Source: Thermodesulfobacteriota bacterium
GTDB taxonomy: Bacteria > Desulfobacterota > Binatia > UBA9968
DNA: 55,074 bases
Assembly (NCBI GenBank): GCA_036794995.1
Contig: DAIRFP010000002.1
Location: 2,744 to 57,817 of the forward strand
Direction of reading: 5' to 3'
The notes under the pieces were generated by a model. The model saw only the letters and a list, made by a program, of their open reading frames with translations, made no database searches and was not told where the DNA came from. A program made the translations under genes and the position numbers. Positions 53,831 through 55,074 of this stretch are shown piece by piece. Numbering within the stretch: position 1 is the first letter of the stretch; the number at the start of each line of letters is the position of its first letter.

Positions 53831-53863
53831 TGGAGGCGGCGAGCGGATTCGAACCGCTGCAGA
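53831..53863 (-). other. tRNA 3-prime fragment (T-arm, acceptor 3-prime strand, CCA): probable att-site remnant
   Basis: The reverse complement is TCTGC-AGCGG-TTCGAAT-CCGCT-CGCCGCC-T-CCA. No matching 5-prime acceptor strand, D-arm or anticodon arm lies at higher coordinates. Confidence 0.6.
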
Positions 53864-53864
53864 T

Positions 53865-54179
53865 TCATGCGGGGCTGACCTTCAAGCGAAAGCGTTCTTT
53901 CTTTTGAAGATATGCAACGATGCTAAAGAGGTTGCGAGCCTGCGGGTTGCCCTGGTGACTGAACATACGCATAAGGCTTTTGGGTGATTTCTTCGTAACT
54001 TTAGCTAGCTCATCGAAGCCCAGTGTAGCGTTGATATAGTCACGGAGCACGATCTTACCGGTTTCCACATCGCCTGAAATGAAAGAGTCCAGGGCTTCAC
54101 TGAGAAGTCTTTCGCGGAACGCAGGATCATTTTTTACCCGAGCTTGAATGGTTTCTTTAAAGTCTCTTGTCAGTGGCAT
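53865..54179 (-). CDS. Addiction-module antidote protein (HigA/XRE-like HTH antitoxin)
   Basis: MPLTRDFKETIQARVKNDPAFRERLLSEALDSFISGD...SLMRMFSHQGNPQARNLFSIVAYL matches the antidote family that pairs with RelE-like killer proteins. The ATG lies 2 nt after the upstream stop. Confidence 0.75.
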   Translation of the reverse strand: MPLTRDFKETIQARVKNDPAFRERLLSEALDSFISGDVETGKIVLRDYINATLGFDELAKVTKKSPKSLMRMFSHQGNPQARNLFSIVAYLQKKERFRLKVSPA

Positions 54180-54181
54180 GT

Positions 54182-54592
54182 TCAAATCTCCTTCTTGCGC
54201 TTTTTGTACTCCGCCCAAAGCTCCAATGCGCTCTTGATGTCCTTTTGTTGCCGCTTTTTTGTTCCGCTTCCCAGCAGAATAATAAGCTGGAGGCCATCCC
54301 TGCCGAAATAGATACGATAGCCAGGCCCGAAGTCCATGCGATATTCATGGAGTCCGGCTCCAATACTCTTGAGTGGGATTCTCTGAAGATCGAAACAAGG
54401 TGGGTTGGGCGTCCAATCGAATGTCGCCACGAAATGATCAAAAAAGCCGCTCTGACCAAGTATGCCGGTCGTTGAAATACCGTAAGCGAACACAACCGGA
54501 GATTGAAAGGTCTGCGCAGCTATTGTGAGGGTAACGTAGTGCAGGAACCCTGCGGTTTCCCCGCTGCCAATGCCTGTGAATGCCACTGGCAC
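54182..54592 (-). CDS. ORF whose C-terminal 63 aa are a RelE/HigB-type addiction-module killer domain; its N-terminal part is the C-terminal half of a retropepsin-like domain
   Basis: The C-terminus reads LKSIGAGLHEYRMDFGPGYRIYFGRDGLQLIILLGSGTKKRQQKDIKSALELW (killer family). Upstream in the same frame is VTLTIAAQTFQSPVVFAYGISTTGILGQSGFFDHFVATFDW (retropepsin C-terminal pattern). The true start is unclear; an internal GTG near 54493 is possible. Confidence 0.55.
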   Translation of the reverse strand: MPVAFTGIGSGETAGFLHYVTLTIAAQTFQSPVVFAYGISTTGILGQSGFFDHFVATFDWTPNPPCFDLQRIPLKSIGAGLHEYRMDFGPGYRIYFGRDGLQLIILLGSGTKKRQQKDIKSALELWAEYKKRKKEI

Positions 54593-54798
54593 CCTTGTAT
54601 AACTGGGATTCCTAGCTCGTCTCCGATCTGGGCGTCAAAAACGGAATGGTCGGCACCCGTATCAAGGATCGACTCGATGGGCGCGCTTTTCTTGTGTTGA
54701 TACCAGAGAAGAACTTTAAGCGCTGCACGCCAGGCATAGTCCAGCTTGGTGACAGGGTCTAGATGATTCAGCGGGAACGGCCTATAGGGATATTTCAC
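54374..54798 (-). pseudogene. Retropepsin-like (clan AA) aspartic protease gene interrupted by a frameshift near 54590-54597
   Basis: The N-terminal half (frame of ORF 54520-54828) carries the active site ILDTGADHSVF and ends ...ELGIPVIQG. The domain continues in another frame as PVAFTGIGSGETAGFLHYVTLTI. The shift sits at a CCC run (54592-54594). The likely GTG start at 54798 overlaps the upstream stop (GTGA). Confidence 0.55.
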
Positions 54799-55004
54799 GA
54801 GGCGTAACGAAGAACTTTGCTGGCCCAAGTTTCGGGAATTTTTACGATGACAGGGTCCATTTCGCCAAGGCTTTCGGCAGCTCTAACGACCTCGGAGTAA
54901 CTATCACCATAGGCCACAACCTTCGATTCATCCTCCGAAAAGGCCACCCAGCTATTTGGCTTTGCTTCTCTCAAAATGCGGACTCTTTCTTCGGCGCTCA
55001 TCAT
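54795..55004 (-). CDS. Small DUF5678-like protein (family name recalled from memory)
   Basis: 69 aa. NSWVAFSEDESKVVAYGDSYSEVVRAAESLGEMDPVIVKIPE fits the small-protein family often found upstream of retropepsin-like genes. Confidence 0.55.
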   Translation of the reverse strand: MMSAEERVRILREAKPNSWVAFSEDESKVVAYGDSYSEVVRAAESLGEMDPVIVKIPETWASKVLRYAS

Positions 55005-55074
55005 AAATATTCCCCTGCTGGTTTCTCGTATATAAAGTTTAACACTCTACTGTCAATCGGCCAAGGCACCATCG

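Overview
A 55-kb bacterial chromosomal window, probably from a Gram-negative organism (FadL-type beta-barrel protein, sigma54-type activator). It is densely coding, with about 50 supportable CDS and 2 tRNAs. All calls rest on reading motifs in the supplied translations and on hand inspection of intergenic DNA. No alignments, HMM searches or composition statistics were run.

Layout:
- 41-6857 (minus strand): an MFS exporter plus a tightly coupled methyltransferase / sensor kinase / receiver-with-kinase-like-output operon. Its order and architecture mirror phcB-phcS-phcR quorum sensing.
- 7243-10726: gltX followed by tRNA-Gln and tRNA-Glu (1-nt spacer), with glnS divergent.
- 10729-21114: a FadL-family porin, then a seven-gene co-directional signalling operon. 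It runs HTH, orphan ketosynthase, 7TM-GAF kinase, a degenerate receiver / degenerate sigma54-AAA+ / DHp fusion, a bona fide NtrC-type activator, a receiver-kinase, and a Cys/His-rich unknown protein.
- 21337-34917: an N-heterocycle or pyrimidine-type catabolic island. It holds pyrR coupled to a carbamoyl-amidohydrolase, pyrE, a TRZ/ATZ amidohydrolase, a GatC/AtzG-like plus amidase-signature pair, a three-subunit Mo-hydroxylase, a dihydroorotase-like cyclic amidohydrolase and GntR.
- 35126-47458: an ABC importer without a binding protein, a UbiD decarboxylase, SfsA, an orphan Mo-hydroxylase large subunit, GNAT, a sensorless kinase, a PhtD-like protein, dienelactone hydrolase and HAD.
- 47528-53802: housekeeping genes (nicotinamidase-like, IMPase/CysQ-like, tandem Rieske proteins, HIT, gdh, efp, coaE, grx).
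- 53831 to the window end: a 33-nt tRNA 3-prime fragment followed by an antitoxin, a killer-toxin remnant fused in frame to a frameshifted retropepsin-like gene, and a small DUF5678-like gene. This looks like the edge of an integrated element.

The best candidates for something new are the phc-like operon, the pseudo-enhancer-binding-protein/DHp fusion inside the large signalling operon, the AtzE/AtzG-like pair in its catabolic context, and the retropepsin/toxin module. Two highly structured intergenic elements (31118-31247 and 51981-52116) are not explained by any gene call.
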